Positions 1 to 12,686 of a DNA stretch of 64,000 nucleotides are shown one piece after another. Position numbers and translations under genes: made by a program. The DNA lies in contig CM075977.1 in NCBI GenBank assembly GCA_038087875.1, positions 17,794,001 to 17,858,000 on the forward strand. The letters run 5' to 3'. The notes beneath the pieces are model-generated. The model was not told the DNA's origin, did no database searches, and was given only the letters and a program-made list of their open reading frames with translations. How positions within the stretch are numbered: position 1 is the first letter of the stretch; each line of letters opens with the position of its first letter. Source of the stretch: Malacoraja senta. Lineage: Eukaryota.

Positions 1-322
1 GAGCCAGCAGTAAATGTAGTGAGGAGACAAGCTCGGGTAATTCGCTTGGGTAGTCTACACCCCAGCGGTATCAACATTGACTTATCTAATTTTAGATAGA
101 CCTTAGATCCCTCCTCCCTCTCCCCAGCTCTCCTTCTAGTCCTAGTGTCTCCGCCTCTTCCTTTCTTTTTCCCGCCCCCCCCCCCCACATCAATCTGAAG
201 AAAGGTCTCAACCTGAAACATCGCCTATTCCTTCTCTCCATAGATGCTGCCTCACCCGCTGAGTTTCGCCATCATTTTTTGCCTACCTTCGATTTTTCCA
301 GCACCTGCAGTTCTTTCGTAAA
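1..322 (+). mobile_element. Penelope-like element 3' end (GIY-YIG C-terminus plus pLTR with hammerhead-like core)
   Basis: Encodes a degenerate IRLGSLHPSGINIDLSNFR* terminus. CTGAAGA-AAGGTCTCAACCT-GAAAC starts at 195, followed by the pLTR body GATGCTGCC...CTGAGTT. Confidence 0.75.
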
Positions 323-338
323 CATTCTATTCATAAGT

Positions 339-618
339 ATATTCGAAGGTGGTGCCCCCAGTTTCGCCCCGGTTTCGCCCCGGTGGTGGAAGTTTTGTTG
401 TAAGTTATACTATGTTAACACGTTAATAATAACATAAATATTAACGTGTTAACATAGAAAACGTCATTGTAATTACGGTACAACTAGAGAAAATAGCACA
501 ACCTTTTAGCAAAATGGCAAAAAAAGGCTGATTTAGGCACTTGATCGTGAAAAAGGCATTATCCTAGTGAAATCATCAAAAAAAGGCACATGGCATTTAT
601 GGCAAAATCCTGGCTCTA
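339..618. mobile_element. Degenerate DNA-transposon (hAT-like) relic with an internal 19-bp palindrome
   Basis: Right end AATCCTGGCTCTA with subterminal AAAAGGC repeats. Flanked by CATAAGTAT at 332-340 and 621-629. Perfect inverted repeat at 410-428/439-457. Confidence 0.35.
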
Positions 619-1168
619 GCCATAAGTATCTTGAAAATGTTGAACAACTGACATAGCAGGTGAGAGGTTTAAATGCAGGTTTTCAATTGAAAATGCATTT
701 TTCCTTGGATCCATTCCTCAGGTCCAGGGAGATGGGGCTCCATTCTTTTGCTATTACTCTCCTTGACATTATTGCTTCCAGCTCCTCTCCAATAGCAATT
801 AACAGAAAATGTACACATGATGATAATTATTGATCTCACATACTCTGGTGGGAATGGATAGAGCATCAGTTAGGTCCAGCCCAGGACATGTCGTTATTAA
901 ACTGCAAAACTGAACAGACCTCTCATAAGTTAAAGGTGGAGTACCGATATTCCAACCTACCTCCTTGCAGTCCTTGAATATTTTTTTATTTGCTGTTTCT
1001 CTGTAGTTGTAACACTACATAACCTGCACTCTGGTTATTTTTTCTCTTTGCACTACCTTTTGTACCAGTGTTTGGCTTGATTGCATTCATGTATGATATG
1101 ATTTGACTGGATAGCACGAAAAAAGTGTTTCACTGTATCTTGGTACACATGATAATAATAAGAAGTCA

Positions 1169-1225
1169 AACCAAATCAAAGCAAATCAAAGCAAATCAAA
1201 GCAAACCAAATAAACCAAACCAAAC
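1169..1225 (+). repeat. (CAAAN)n microsatellite
   Basis: caaaccaaatcaaagcaaatcaaagc...; tail of an old retroposon. Confidence 0.7.
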
Positions 1226-1857
1226 ATTCAGGAAGGTCATAGAGCTGAGAATTTTTGTACCCATCGTTCTCTTTTAGACCCACTGACAAAATTGAGTTGC
1301 ATGTAAATTGAATTCCGAGAATATATCTTAGTAATAAGTGCATACTGCAATACCAATAATGTTATTATATTATTATTATTATTATGTTTATGTATTCAGA
1401 GGGATAACAAACATCCTATCTATTGTTTCTGAATCCTAAATAATTTTATACACCTTCAGTTCTGGGAAAAGAATCATAAGTCTACTCTGCACACTTTCCG
1501 ACTCTCTCCATCTTTTCTGTAATGTGGTGATCGGAGTTATTCAACGTTCAAACTGTGATCTAAGGAATGTTGTGTACTAAGAATGGTGGTGCAATGGTTA
1601 AATTACAAAGATTAATAATCTAGAAATAACAAGGCCTAACAATCATGAATTACAAGCTTAAATTCAGCCAAGGCAGATTGGAAATTTAAAGTCAGTAATT
1701 TAAATAATCTGAAATTTGTTTTTTTTAAAAGGCTAGTCTTTGATCTGGTAACCAAGGAATACAGAAACACATGCCAAGAGCAAGTTACAACTCAATTTGT
1801 CAAGTTGTTTCCATACCATGATTGGGGTAAAAGCCTGTTCCAAGGAGAGCAGGCTTT

Positions 1858-3105
1858 CTTTCGAGGATGTAACTAGTAGAGTGGATAGGGGAGAACCAGT
1901 GGATGTGTTGTATCTGGACTTTCAGAAGGCTTTCGACAAGGTACCACATAAGAGATTAGTATACAAACTTAAAGCACACGGTATTGGGGTTTCAGTATTG
2001 ATGTGGATAGAGAACTGGCTGGCAAACAGGAAGCAAAGAGTAGGAGTAAACGGGTCCTTTTCACAATGGCAGGCAGTGACTAGTGGGGTACCGCAAGGCT
2101 CAGTGCTGGGACCCCAGCTATTTACAATTTATATTAATGATCTGGATGAGGGAATTGAAGGCAACATCTCCAAGTTTGCGGATGACACTAAGCTGGGGGG
2201 CAGTGTTAGCTGTGAGGAGGATGCTAGGAGACTGCAAGGTGACTTGGATAGGCTGGGTGAGTGGGCAAATGTTTGGCAGATGCAGTATAATGTGGATAAA
2301 TGTGAGGTTATCCACTTTGGTGGCAAAAACAGGAAAGCAGACTATTATCTAAATGGTGGCCGATTAGGAAATGGGGAGATGCAGCGAGACCTGGGTGTCA
2401 TGGTACACCAGTCATTGAAAGTAGGCATGCAGGTGCAGCAGGCAGTGAAGAAAGCGAATGGTATGTTAGCTTTCATAGCAAAAGGATTTGAGTATAGGAG
2501 CAGGGAGGTTCTACTGCAGTTGTACAGGGTCTTGGTGAGACCACACCTGGAGTATTGCGTACAGTTTTCGTCTCCAAATCTGAGGAAGGACATTATAGCC
2601 ATAGAGGGAGTGCAGAGAAGGTTCACCAGACTGATTCCTGGGATGTCAGGACTTTCATATGAAGAAGACTGGATAGACTTGGCTTATACTCGCTAGAATT
2701 TAGGAGATTGAGAGGGGATCTTATAGAAACGTACAAAATTCTTATGGGGTTGGACAGGCTAGATGCAGGAAGATTGTTCCCGATGTTGGGGAAGTCCAGG
2801 ACAAGGGGTCACAGCTGAAGGATAAGGGGGAAATCCTTTAAGACCGAGATGAGGAAAAACTTTTTCACACAGAGAGTGGTGAATCTCTGGAACTCTCTGC
2901 CACAGAGGGTAGTTGAGGCCAGTTCATTGGCTATATTTAAGAGGGAGTTAGATGTGGCCCTTGTGGCTAAAGGGATCAGGGGGTATGGAGAGAAGGCAGG
3001 TACGGGATATTGAGTTGGATGATCAGCCATGATCATATTGAATGGCGGTGCAGGCTCGAAGGGCCGAATGGCCTACTCCTGCACCTATTTTCTATGTATC
3101 TATGT
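1858..3105 (+). mobile_element. CR1 LINE, 5'-truncated, young (ORF2 RT C-terminal half plus 3'UTR)
   Basis: YLDFQKAFDKVPH, GVPQGSVLGP and KFADDTK motifs. 1-bp frameshift near 2666. TTTCTATG-type tail. Confidence 0.95.
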
Positions 3106-4565
3106 AGCACCAAAGGTTCTGGGAAAGTTGAGCATGAATTTTGAAAGTTACAAGGGCGTTATTTAAGGACCTTGGAGAGGAAGGTGATATGAAAACTGGA
3201 CAATTTGCAAACAAATTGGGGCAGAGGTTATCTTTTGAAGTGATTGTGTTGGCAGCTGAGTTAAGGGAGCAAGTAACTGTACCAGAGGAGGAGAAATATC
3301 AACTCCTGCTTATTTCAGAATTGAACTACTTTTAAAATCACCAGATGACATGCGGGCCGGAAAGAAAATTGTGAAGAAGCTATGGGGCATTTCTAAAGAA
3401 CCCACATACTGTCTGCAATTCTCTATCTGTGACTTTTATTCTAACATTTTCTGTCAGCAAAGCTTAGCGATTGAATTTTAGTACAGTCTTATTGATTTGT
3501 GACAATTAAATGTTTTCTTAATCACCTGGCTCAATTTATATGGTATATTTTAACAATTATATTTTTCAATTTTGTTTACTTCAAACTATCCTTGTTAATC
3601 GAATATGAAAGGGTATTTAAATTCTTACTGCATTCATTTTAATGTGTTTTTACAGAGTAAACTATGCAGTTAAAAATCAATGTTGTTAATTGCATCACTA
3701 AATAATGTTGTTTTGTCCAAGCATGTTATGTGTAAATTGAAACCTTTGAAGTTTATTTGAAGCCTTTCTTCACTGAAGCTTGCACAGCAAAAATATATAA
3801 ATCCTTAAGTCTAGCATTGTATTAGTAAGATCATGAATGTAGTGTTATTTCTAGAAACTTCTTCCTTCAAAAACAGAGAAATTATGTTGATGAGCACGAT
3901 TTTGGTTAATCCAACCTAAAATACCAATAACCTCTTTTGGAGGGAGTATGATCTTCAAGAATATCAGAATATATTCATGTGAATAAATGGCATGATTTTT
4001 TTTTCTGTGTTCCTATTTTTCTTGTCTCTAAATTAAGGATATTAAGGGGCAGGAGGAAATGCAAACAAATAAGGGATAATATCAAAGTTGAAAGGCTGTT
4101 CAGAAAAGAAAACTGATATGCAAGACTGTTTCGGGCAAAGTGTGAACAATTAGATTCTTCTCAGTATTGTCATCAAACTTTTTGATTATAACAAAAAGTG
4201 AACCTTCTTTGAATAACCAAATATCAGTTTAATTTGATTATCATAGGTTTCAAGCGCAAAATGACTGGTTTCTCTGCCATTTTTGGAGGCAAGCAGACAA
4301 ATATAGGGGTTTGTCAGCTGGCTCCTCATTTTCATGACTAAATCTGGATCTCTTCGAGACTAAAGACCCATAGATCCAGCTTCTAAAAGTGCCTCTGCAA
4401 TAAGCAATGCTTGGAATTATAACAATTGAAAATGTACCGACTGAATATAGCTATTGTTAAAGAGAGTTTGGCATCCATTTTTGAATACAGGCAATATTTG
4501 GTAAATAAGATGACGTCGGTGTTTCAATAACTGAAACGTATACTGCGCCACCCAGCTCATCCTAC

Positions 4566-4601
4566 CTGATTCCCAGATTTCTGCTTCTGCATCGTTTTCC
4601 T
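4566..4601 (-). CDS. RIMS2: Candidate RIMS2 microexon, 36 nt, (E)ENDAEAEIWES(G)
   Basis: Very strong acceptor ttttctttccttgctgtctcctttttgtttag|AG GAA AAC...GAA TCA G|gtagga. Phase 1-1, 465 nt downstream of the 5067 exon. Confidence 0.65.
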
Positions 4602-5066
4602 CTAAACAAAAAGGAGACAGCAAGGAAAGAAAATAAAGAATGTGTATGGAATGACGTTGTATAAATTAAAGCACGCAAGTTATAAAATTAGTATCAAACT
4701 AAAATGACCAACAAGATAAGCATGGCAGAAATTTGTTTCACAGCAATGTCACCCATAATAGGCAAAATGTTCTTCTAAAAATATATTTTAGATATTTCTT
4801 ATTGAGCCAAAGTATAACTTTTATAAAGTTGTTCCTATGTCTTCAGATATCCTTTTGAAAAATACATTTATCCTGCCATGCTTGATAAAAAATATGAGAA
4901 TGCAAGGTCAGAAAATAAATTCTAGCAAATTGCAATAAAGAATTTAAAAAAAAACATATTTTGAAAGGAAAATAGAGAAGCACCAACAAAGATACACCAC
5001 ATGTAATACACAATGATATTCTATTCAGATGAACACACAAAAAGGAAACGATAAAAGTAGGCAGAC

Positions 5067-5108
5067 CTGAATTTCTCCGTTTGGGTGAATCCAACTCTTC
5101 TGTGATCA
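5067..5108 (-). CDS. RIMS2: RIMS2 alternative cassette exon, (M)ITEELDSPKRRNS(G); 33 nt (5067-5099, AG acceptor) or 42 nt (TG acceptor)
   Basis: tcttgctttttg|TG ATC ACA G|AA GAG TTG GAT TCA CCC AAA CGG AGA AAT TCA G|gtctgc. Phase 1-1. Resembles the recalled rodent RIM2 insert MITEDMDSTRKRNSG. Confidence 0.8.
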
Positions 5109-5957
5109 CAAAAAGCAAGACATAGACAATGAAGATGAGTGTGAGTGATGTTTTCAGATGATGAAACCAAAACTGATAGAAATGTACTTGATCAGTTTAA
5201 TGGTGAGTTTCATCTGACTGAAACTAGTATAGCTGTAACACGACAGACATAGTTCCATTTTGAAGGTAAAGGATTGCTTGACCCACAAGTAGGCAAATAA
5301 ACTCAGTTAATTAGGGACTTTCCATTGATGCTAAACATGCTAGCCAAATATTATCAAAATTAATGCTGTAATAGAGAAAGGAAATCACAATTCATTGACA
5401 ATATTCTCAGCAGATTTCTTATTGTTTTGATTCATGATATGACTCCCTACTTTCAAATATTTCATATTTGCTCCCTGTCTTAAACAAATGAAGCTTAAGA
5501 TTAATTTGGATCTAAAGTTCAGGCTTGAATTGGATGTTATTTACACTTTTAGTGATGGGAAGATGAAGAACAGATTCCAGATTGTACTGACATGCAATTA
5601 ACAACCATTAAATTAAGTATTCACCATGTTTTTATTAAAGACTAAAAGTAATGAAGAAATTTATGATGCTCTATTTTGCTTCAAGATTTTGAATGAGGTG
5701 TAGCTTTATCATTTCTAGCATACGTAATATAATTAAGATATTATAAATTGAAATAGCTTGTAAAGAATAAGCTAATCAATAATGGCCAACATTTTATTCT
5801 GAAAATCCAAGAGCTTTAATCTCTATTTCTCACTGCAAACTATATTCAACTGCCTACTGATTAAGTTGCTTATTATGCCCTACAATTATCATCTGGAAAT
5901 TAGTTGTGCAGATCTCTTAAAAATAACATATACAGTGACATTTAAGATTTAAAGACC

Positions 5958-8020
5958 GCATGAATGAACTCCAAAAATTGTTCATCCCTGTATAGCAAAA
6001 AAATAAAACGGGGAAGGCGGCTCAACCGTGGCTAACGAGGGAAATCAAGGATAGTGTTAAGTCCAAGAAAAAAACATATACATTGGCCAGAGAAGCAGCA
6101 AACTGGAGGACTGGGAGAAATTTAGAACTCAACAGAGGAGGACAAAGGGGTTAATTAAGAGGAGGAAAAAAGAGCAAGAAAGAAAGCTAGCAGGGAATAT
6201 AAAAACTGACTCTAAAAGCTTCTTTAGCTACTGTATGTAAAAATGAAAAGATTAGTGGAGACAAGCGTAGGTCCCTTACAATCAGAGACAGGTGAATCTA
6301 TAATGGGAAACAAAGAAATGGCAGAACAGTTAAATGAGTACTTTGGTTCTGAATTCACTAAGGAAGACACAATCTCCCAGAAATACTAGCGGACCGAGGA
6401 TATAGTGGGAGGAAGGAACTGAAAGAAATCCACATGTCAGGAAATGGTGTTAGGTAAACTGTTGGGACTAAAGGCTGATAAATCCCCAGGGCCTGATGGT
6501 CTGCATCCCAGAGTATTCAAGGAGGTGGCCATAGAAATCGTGGATGTAGGTGATCATTTTCCAACGTTCTCTCGACTCTGGATCAGTTCCTGTGGACAGG
6601 CGGGTAGCCAACTAAACCCACTTTTTAAGAAAGGAGGGACAGAGAAAATGGGGAATTATAGATCATCAGTAGTGGGGAAGATGTTTGAGTCGATTGTTAA
6701 AGATGTAATAGTAGCGTATTTGGAAAGCAGTGACAGTATCGGTCAAAGTTAGGGAAAATCATGCTTGACTAATCTTCTGGAATTTTTTGAGGATATAACA
6801 AGTAGAATGGATAAGGGAGAGCCAGTCGATGTGGTGTATCTGGACTTTCAAAAAGCCTTTGACAAGGTCCCACACAAGAGATCAGTGTGCAAATTTGGAG
6901 CAAATTTTATTGGGAGTAGTGTAATGACACGGATAGAGAACTGGTTGACAGACAAAGAGTAGGAATTAACGGGTCCTTTTCAGAATGGCAGGGCAGTGAC
7001 TAGTGGGGTGCCGCAAGGCTCGATACTGGGACCCCAGTTATTTACAATATATATTAATGATTTAAATGAAGGAATTAAATGTAGCAACTTCAAGTTTGTA
7101 GATGTGACAAGTGGCAGTGTGAGCTGCGATGAGGATGCTATGAGGCTGCAGGGTGACTTGGATAGGTTGGGTGAGTGGGCAGATGCATGGCAGATGCAGT
7201 ATAATGTGGATAAATATGAGGTTATCCACTGGTGGCAATAACAGGAAGGCAGATTATTATATAAATGTTGTCAGATTAGGAAAAGGGGAGGTGCAACGAG
7301 GCCTGGGTGTGCTTATACAACAGTCACTGAAAGTAAGCATGCAGGTACAGCAGGCAGTGAAGAAAGCTAATGGCATGTTGGCCTTCATTGCGAGAGGATT
7401 TTAGTTTAGGAGCAAGGAGGTCCTTCTGCAGTTGTACAGGGCCCTGGTGAGACCACACCTGGAGTATTGTGTGCAATTTTGGTCTCCTCATTTGAGGAAG
7501 GACATTTTTGCTATTGAGGGAGTGCAGTGTAGGTTCATCAGGTTAATTCCCGGGATGGCGGGACTGACATATGATGAAAGAATGGGTCAACTAGGCTTGT
7601 ATTCACTGGAATTGAGAAGGATGAGAGGGGATCTTATAGAAACATATACAATTCTTAAAGGATTGGACAGGCTAGATGCAAGAAAAATGTTCCCGATGTT
7701 GGGAGAGTCGAGAACCAGGGGTCACAGTTTAAGAATAAGGGGTAGGCCATTTGGGACTGAGATGAGGAAAAGCTTCTTCTCCCGGAGAGTTGTGAATCTG
7801 TGGAATTCCCTGCCACAGAAGGCAGTGTAGGCCAATTCAATGGATGTTTTCAAGAAAAAGTTAGATTTAGCTCTTTGGGCTAAAGAAATCAAGGTGAAAT
7901 GGGGAAAAAGCAGGAATGGGGTACTGATTTCAGATGATCAGCCATGATCATATTGAATGGCGGTGCTGCCTCGAAGGGCCGAATAGCCTATTCCTTCACC
8001 TATGTTTCTATGTTTCTATG
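5958..8020 (+). mobile_element. CR1 LINE, 5'-truncated, decayed ORF2
   Basis: KSPGPDGLHPRV, DFQKAFDKVPH, GVPQGSILGP and RPHLEYCVQFWSP in broken frames. (TTTCTATG)n tail. Confidence 0.95.
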
Positions 8021-9328
8021 ACATGGAAAGATCCCATTACTGGGTGATATCTTGTAACAGGGTAATATTAGCATCTTCATCTTCTTTAATACCTTTTAGT
8101 ATAATTAGTTGCTGAATGCAAATTAAAAATCTTTCAGCAATACTTGGCTCATAATTGACTAATTATTCATTCACAGTTTTTGTTTTGAAATAGGATTTAT
8201 TATAAAAAATTCAATTTGAAAATCATCTTTTTGGACATCGTACAATAATATTGAACGTCAACAAATTTCATTGGAAATGATTTGGTCTTTTACAATATTA
8301 ATTTATTAAGAAAGAAGTTATGAAAACCTCAAAGTGCAGCAATAATTTGGAACCACTATATTTGTGATAACTGGACAAAAAGAGCACTGCAAATGAACAG
8401 ATTACGTTGGAAATCAGATGACAAAATCATATCTCCAAGCAATTCATTTCAGTTTTAAGTTATAATTTGTTGAACAACCTTCACTATGCAGAAACGATTT
8501 TGAAAAAGCTTGGTTGGTGCAAGATTATCTACAGAACAGCTTTACACGATATACCATCAGTTGACAGTAACAACTCAGATATACTACAAAGCTCATTAAT
8601 GGGCTTAATTATGCTTAATCAATCTGCTGACTACACTTGACACACATATTAATCTACCAGTAGCATGTATTGACTGATGTACCCATAGAATGGCCATACT
8701 ATAGCCCTTCACACCATGACCATTCCACAATGTGGAGTAGCTCAGGAGTGTAACACGGTCCTGGATATACCCAACATTGCTTGATATTTAGAAATTATGA
8801 AATGAATTAAAATAATATGTAAGCTATTTAAAAATTATTAAAAATAAAATAATGAATACTTAAAAGACATCATACTAATTACAACATTAAAAAATCAAAT
8901 GAAATTGAAAAACATATATTTTCATGTGGGTTAGAAATTCTGTTTGTGCAGCTGTTAGACCCATTGCTGGACTCACTGGAGAGTCCGGCATGAGATCATT
9001 CACATCTAACTTCCAGTTTGTTCCTTACATCTGGCCCATGTTGAACAGCAGAGGGTAGGTGGGCTTCATTCCCAAAAGAACCTGCTGCTTCAACCAAGCA
9101 CAGTGTAACCTATTGTTCATCCTCATAAATACAATTGACAGTCATTTCTTCAGAAATATCTAGATTATTTTTGATATCAAGAAACTGTGTATCCAACTTT
9201 GTTATTCATTCTTGTAAGGAAGATGTTATTATTCAGTGTATGTACAGGGATAACCAAGTAACCAATCACAAACTATTACAGCAGTCCTTCAGTTATCTGT
9301 GCTGTGAACTCTATGAATTTGGCTTCAC

Positions 9329-9334
9329 CTGTCA
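9329..9334 (-). CDS. Candidate 6-nt RIMS2 microexon TGACAG
   Basis: ccatttttatgctgtttag|TGACAG|gtgaag. Phase 1-1, with TGC just upstream of the acceptor. Confidence 0.35.
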
Positions 9335-10564
9335 CTAAACAGCATAAAAATGGTAAAGCCTCTTACTTTAAAGTACCTCCAGTTTATTTGTTAATTGAAA
9401 TGGTCTTTATTTTTTTGTCATGAATTTATGCTGATTTATGATGAAAGATATCAAAACATTAAATTTCTGATGTAGTTTCAGTATAAAGCAAGCCAGGTTT
9501 CACAGAGCACATTTATGAGTAGAGCAAATATAGTTTTCCTCCTTTCTGATAATCTGCCTCAATCCGTAGAGGAGACTCTCACACCATCTTTTTGAGATGG
9601 AAACTAATTCCGAGAACTGAAAGCTCTTCCCGAACCCACTGCTCGATCCACAAGTCTCAACATAAACTCCAACTAGAATCAAAGTTTTTCTCCAATAGCA
9701 TTGTCGTTGTAGATTTTGAGGTTATTAATACACTTGAATTTTTAATATATCCTGATAACTGAAGTTCCACTGCATTTAACGCACAAAAGGATTAACAGAT
9801 CTTTGGGGAATATTTGATTCTACGAACCACAGGACAAGTAAAAAAATAACACAAATGCATTCCTACCATGCTATGTTAAGTAAGCACACAATAAAAACAA
9901 TACATAAAAACACTTCTCAAACAAATGTGTTCATACTGCACAGAGTGTAAGTGTGTTTTTACTGAAAAGTTCTTAGAATATATAAATATTTTTATAAAAA
10001 TTATTTTATTAACTTTTGCAGTATTTTATCAAGTTACCGGTAAATACAACTGAAATAATGGATCTGCTTTACAATATTAATTTAAACAAGCATCAATTTT
10101 AATGTTGTCATTTCAAATAATAATGGAATATTGTCAAACTCATGATTGTGCAATTTCCCTTTTGATTACTATATAGAAAACTTAATTATATTTTATAATA
10201 TTATTTAAAAAAGTAATCCAAATTTACTAATCAATAGTTAAGTTGCCTCTTAAAATTTAGATTCATTTTCTACTTCATCATTCCTATCCTCTATCTATCC
10301 CTGCGTCATATCCCCATATATTTATAGCCTAAAAATTGTAAGCTGCAAAAAATAGCAATTTACAGACTGTAATACGTATGAGGCAATGCACATGATACAC
10401 TATGTGGGGAGAAGAACACATCATTCATACACCCATCAAAAGAAGCATGAAACCTAAAATTCACTGCTAATTATATAGCGTCTCATGCTTTCCATGGTTT
10501 TCACAGCCTGACAAACCTGGCTCAGAAAGCTGCCTCTGCTTTGACCTGTTATCAGCTACTGTAC

Positions 10565-10600
10565 CATTCATTTTCCTTTGCTGGTCTTCCCAGGTTACTT
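10565..10600 (-). CDS. RIMS2: Candidate RIMS2 microexon, 36 nt, (E)VTWEDQQRKMN(G)
   Basis: tgtttgctatgtttctatttgatttataatag|AA GTA ACC TGG GAA GAC CAG CAA AGG AAA ATG AAT G|gtacag. Phase 1-1 with an upstream TGC. Confidence 0.55.
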
Positions 10601-11248
10601 CTATTATAAATCAAATAGAAACATAGCAAACAATACAATTTTAAGTGCAAAATAAAAAGGGATTTACTCAATTAAAAGGTTGTAAAAAAAACATAATTTC
10701 GTAAAAACATTTGTGAAAGTCATGGAAAAATTGTATCCGATAACAATAAAATTAAATATGACAGAGTAAAGATTCGGGTTTCAGTAAGTCACTCCATTTA
10801 GTCCTTACTTTGATTGACTAAGGTAATGGGCTATTGAAGCGCCAGATCTACCAGACGAAATATAATATATTATCTTCCCCCTTACATTGAGTGAATTTAC
10901 ATATCAGAAGTAGATTTGTCCAAGTTGTTGTCAATGTACAAATAATTTTAATGGCCTTTCAGATCACAGTTTCCTGTACTGTGCATGCCATTTTAAAGAC
11001 TATAAACAGGCATTGTGAATCAAGAATAATTGTACAGTTATTTGCATTGGCATTATGTATTCATTCAATCAGTGACCTGAATAATCTATTGAGTTCTACT
11101 TAAAAACTGCCACATGCAACATGTTTACCATGATCATATTGGCAGTTTGTTTTGAGTAAGAACTTCAGGCCCATCTTTGCAGGCACTGAATGCAAGATAT
11201 GGAACGCTGAGAGAGATGGCAGAGAAGTATACATGTGCAAGCACTCAC

Positions 11249-11975
11249 AGACTATACAGGGACACATGTTCTTATCTCAAACACTCCGAAGACCAATGTC
11301 TCCACAGGTTTTGGTGAATGAAGGCCATTGTTGCTGAAACATACGATATTCTCAAATCTCTAGTCACACACAAAGGTCACTGTGAATCTTAACTTGCGAG
11401 CCAGTTAAACACTGCCGATCCATGCCTTTCTCAGTTTGCTGCTTAACGCAGCATCAGGGTGGCCCCTGATGCTACATATCAATGGCATTATTCTTCAGTG
11501 ATATTGATAAGGATTCATATTCATGTGGCATTTCCTTATTGCCAACATCAACAATGCTGGTCATGATCAACTGGACTCATATGATTTGAACTCCCTTCAG
11601 AAACCAGATCTCTTCATGAGGACCTACTCACTCCATATCCAAATTTACATTGACCATTAGAAGAATAGTCTCAAGATCTATGTCATGTATACTGGAAGCG
11701 TATAAGACTCCTTCATTCTAAAGGACTCCACTTTGCCAACATCCTTCATTGACAGTACTGCCCAGTCAGTATTGGGTGCCAAGGACTTTGCAACAGGTTC
11801 CAACTTTTTCTTCCTGTGTCATTACTAGGAAAGCCATAGCATAAATAGGATCCGAGTTTGTGGGCATACTGCCTCTTAACAATCTGGCTACCTGGATAGC
11901 TCAGTTCATATGCTGGAGGTATTCAACCAGAAGAGCAGATACCAGAATAAAGAGCAGGAGGAAGACAAAAACAGT
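11249..11975 (+). pseudogene. Fossil PIF/Harbinger (HARBI1-like DDE) transposase
   Basis: Ordered degenerate motifs: RLYRDTCSYLKHSEDQCLHRF, KVTVNLNLRAS, INWTHM (IDCTH, 11566), YSLHIQIYIDH, YTGSV*DSFILKDS (YPGSVHDSFIL, 11688), VLGAKD (LLGDKGY, 11769), then an acidic tail. Confidence 0.75.
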
Positions 11976-12686
11976 AGCAACACGATGACTTGGCACAACA
12001 GGTGCAGGGGCATGTGATCATGTGGCTAGTGGCAGAAGGAAGGCTACAGCAGCGGTGATCCTGCCTAAATTCTAATTACCATTTATTTGTAAAAGAAAAA
12101 CCTCATTCAAGGAATCCTCAAGGACACCTTGCATTTGTTATATTGATTTATCATTGTCCACTTAACAAACGAAAAAGTAAAATAGGTCTAAGACAATTTC
12201 ACCAACAAGGAGGGAGATGAGAGGATGTAATTTTCCAGGAAGCTATAGGAATTCTGACCACTCACAATGCATCGCCGACTGTTACAAGAATCCCAATCAA
12301 ATGCTCAGCTGTTTTATGTTTACTGCTTATGAATTCTGCAACCAATATCATCGGCATCAAATACAGCCAATGTAAAATGCCTTGGCTGGAAGCATTACAT
12401 TACAAGATCAATGAAGAGCACATAAAAGGTAGACCTACAGCAGCTGTGATTAATGGGCACTTTAATCAATGCAGACATGACCTAACATGGATAAGATGGT
12501 GCTGCCAACTCAAAAATTCCTTTGAGAAATTTGAGAAAATTAAGGAACACACACCACTGTTTTTTCATTAAAGGTGGAGCCATGATCAACTGCTTATTTA
12601 AAATCTGTTCTCAGTGATTTCATATTTGCTCGGTTCTAGAGAAAACAATTCCCTCTTTATTATTAATTTACTATACATTTATGCTG

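Noticed and set aside
669-866. Minus-strand ORF with NNVKESNSKRMEP as a possible RIMS2 exon
   Set aside because: No convincing acceptor or GT donor in frame.
4417-4623. 68-aa ORF as a longer exon
   Set aside because: The strong CAG|gtagga donor after 36 nt explains it. The distal donor would change phase.
9867-9870. 4-nt ag|CATG|gtagga microexon
   Set aside because: Frameshifting; joining it to the next acceptor (about 9819) creates TGA. Kept only as a weak possibility.
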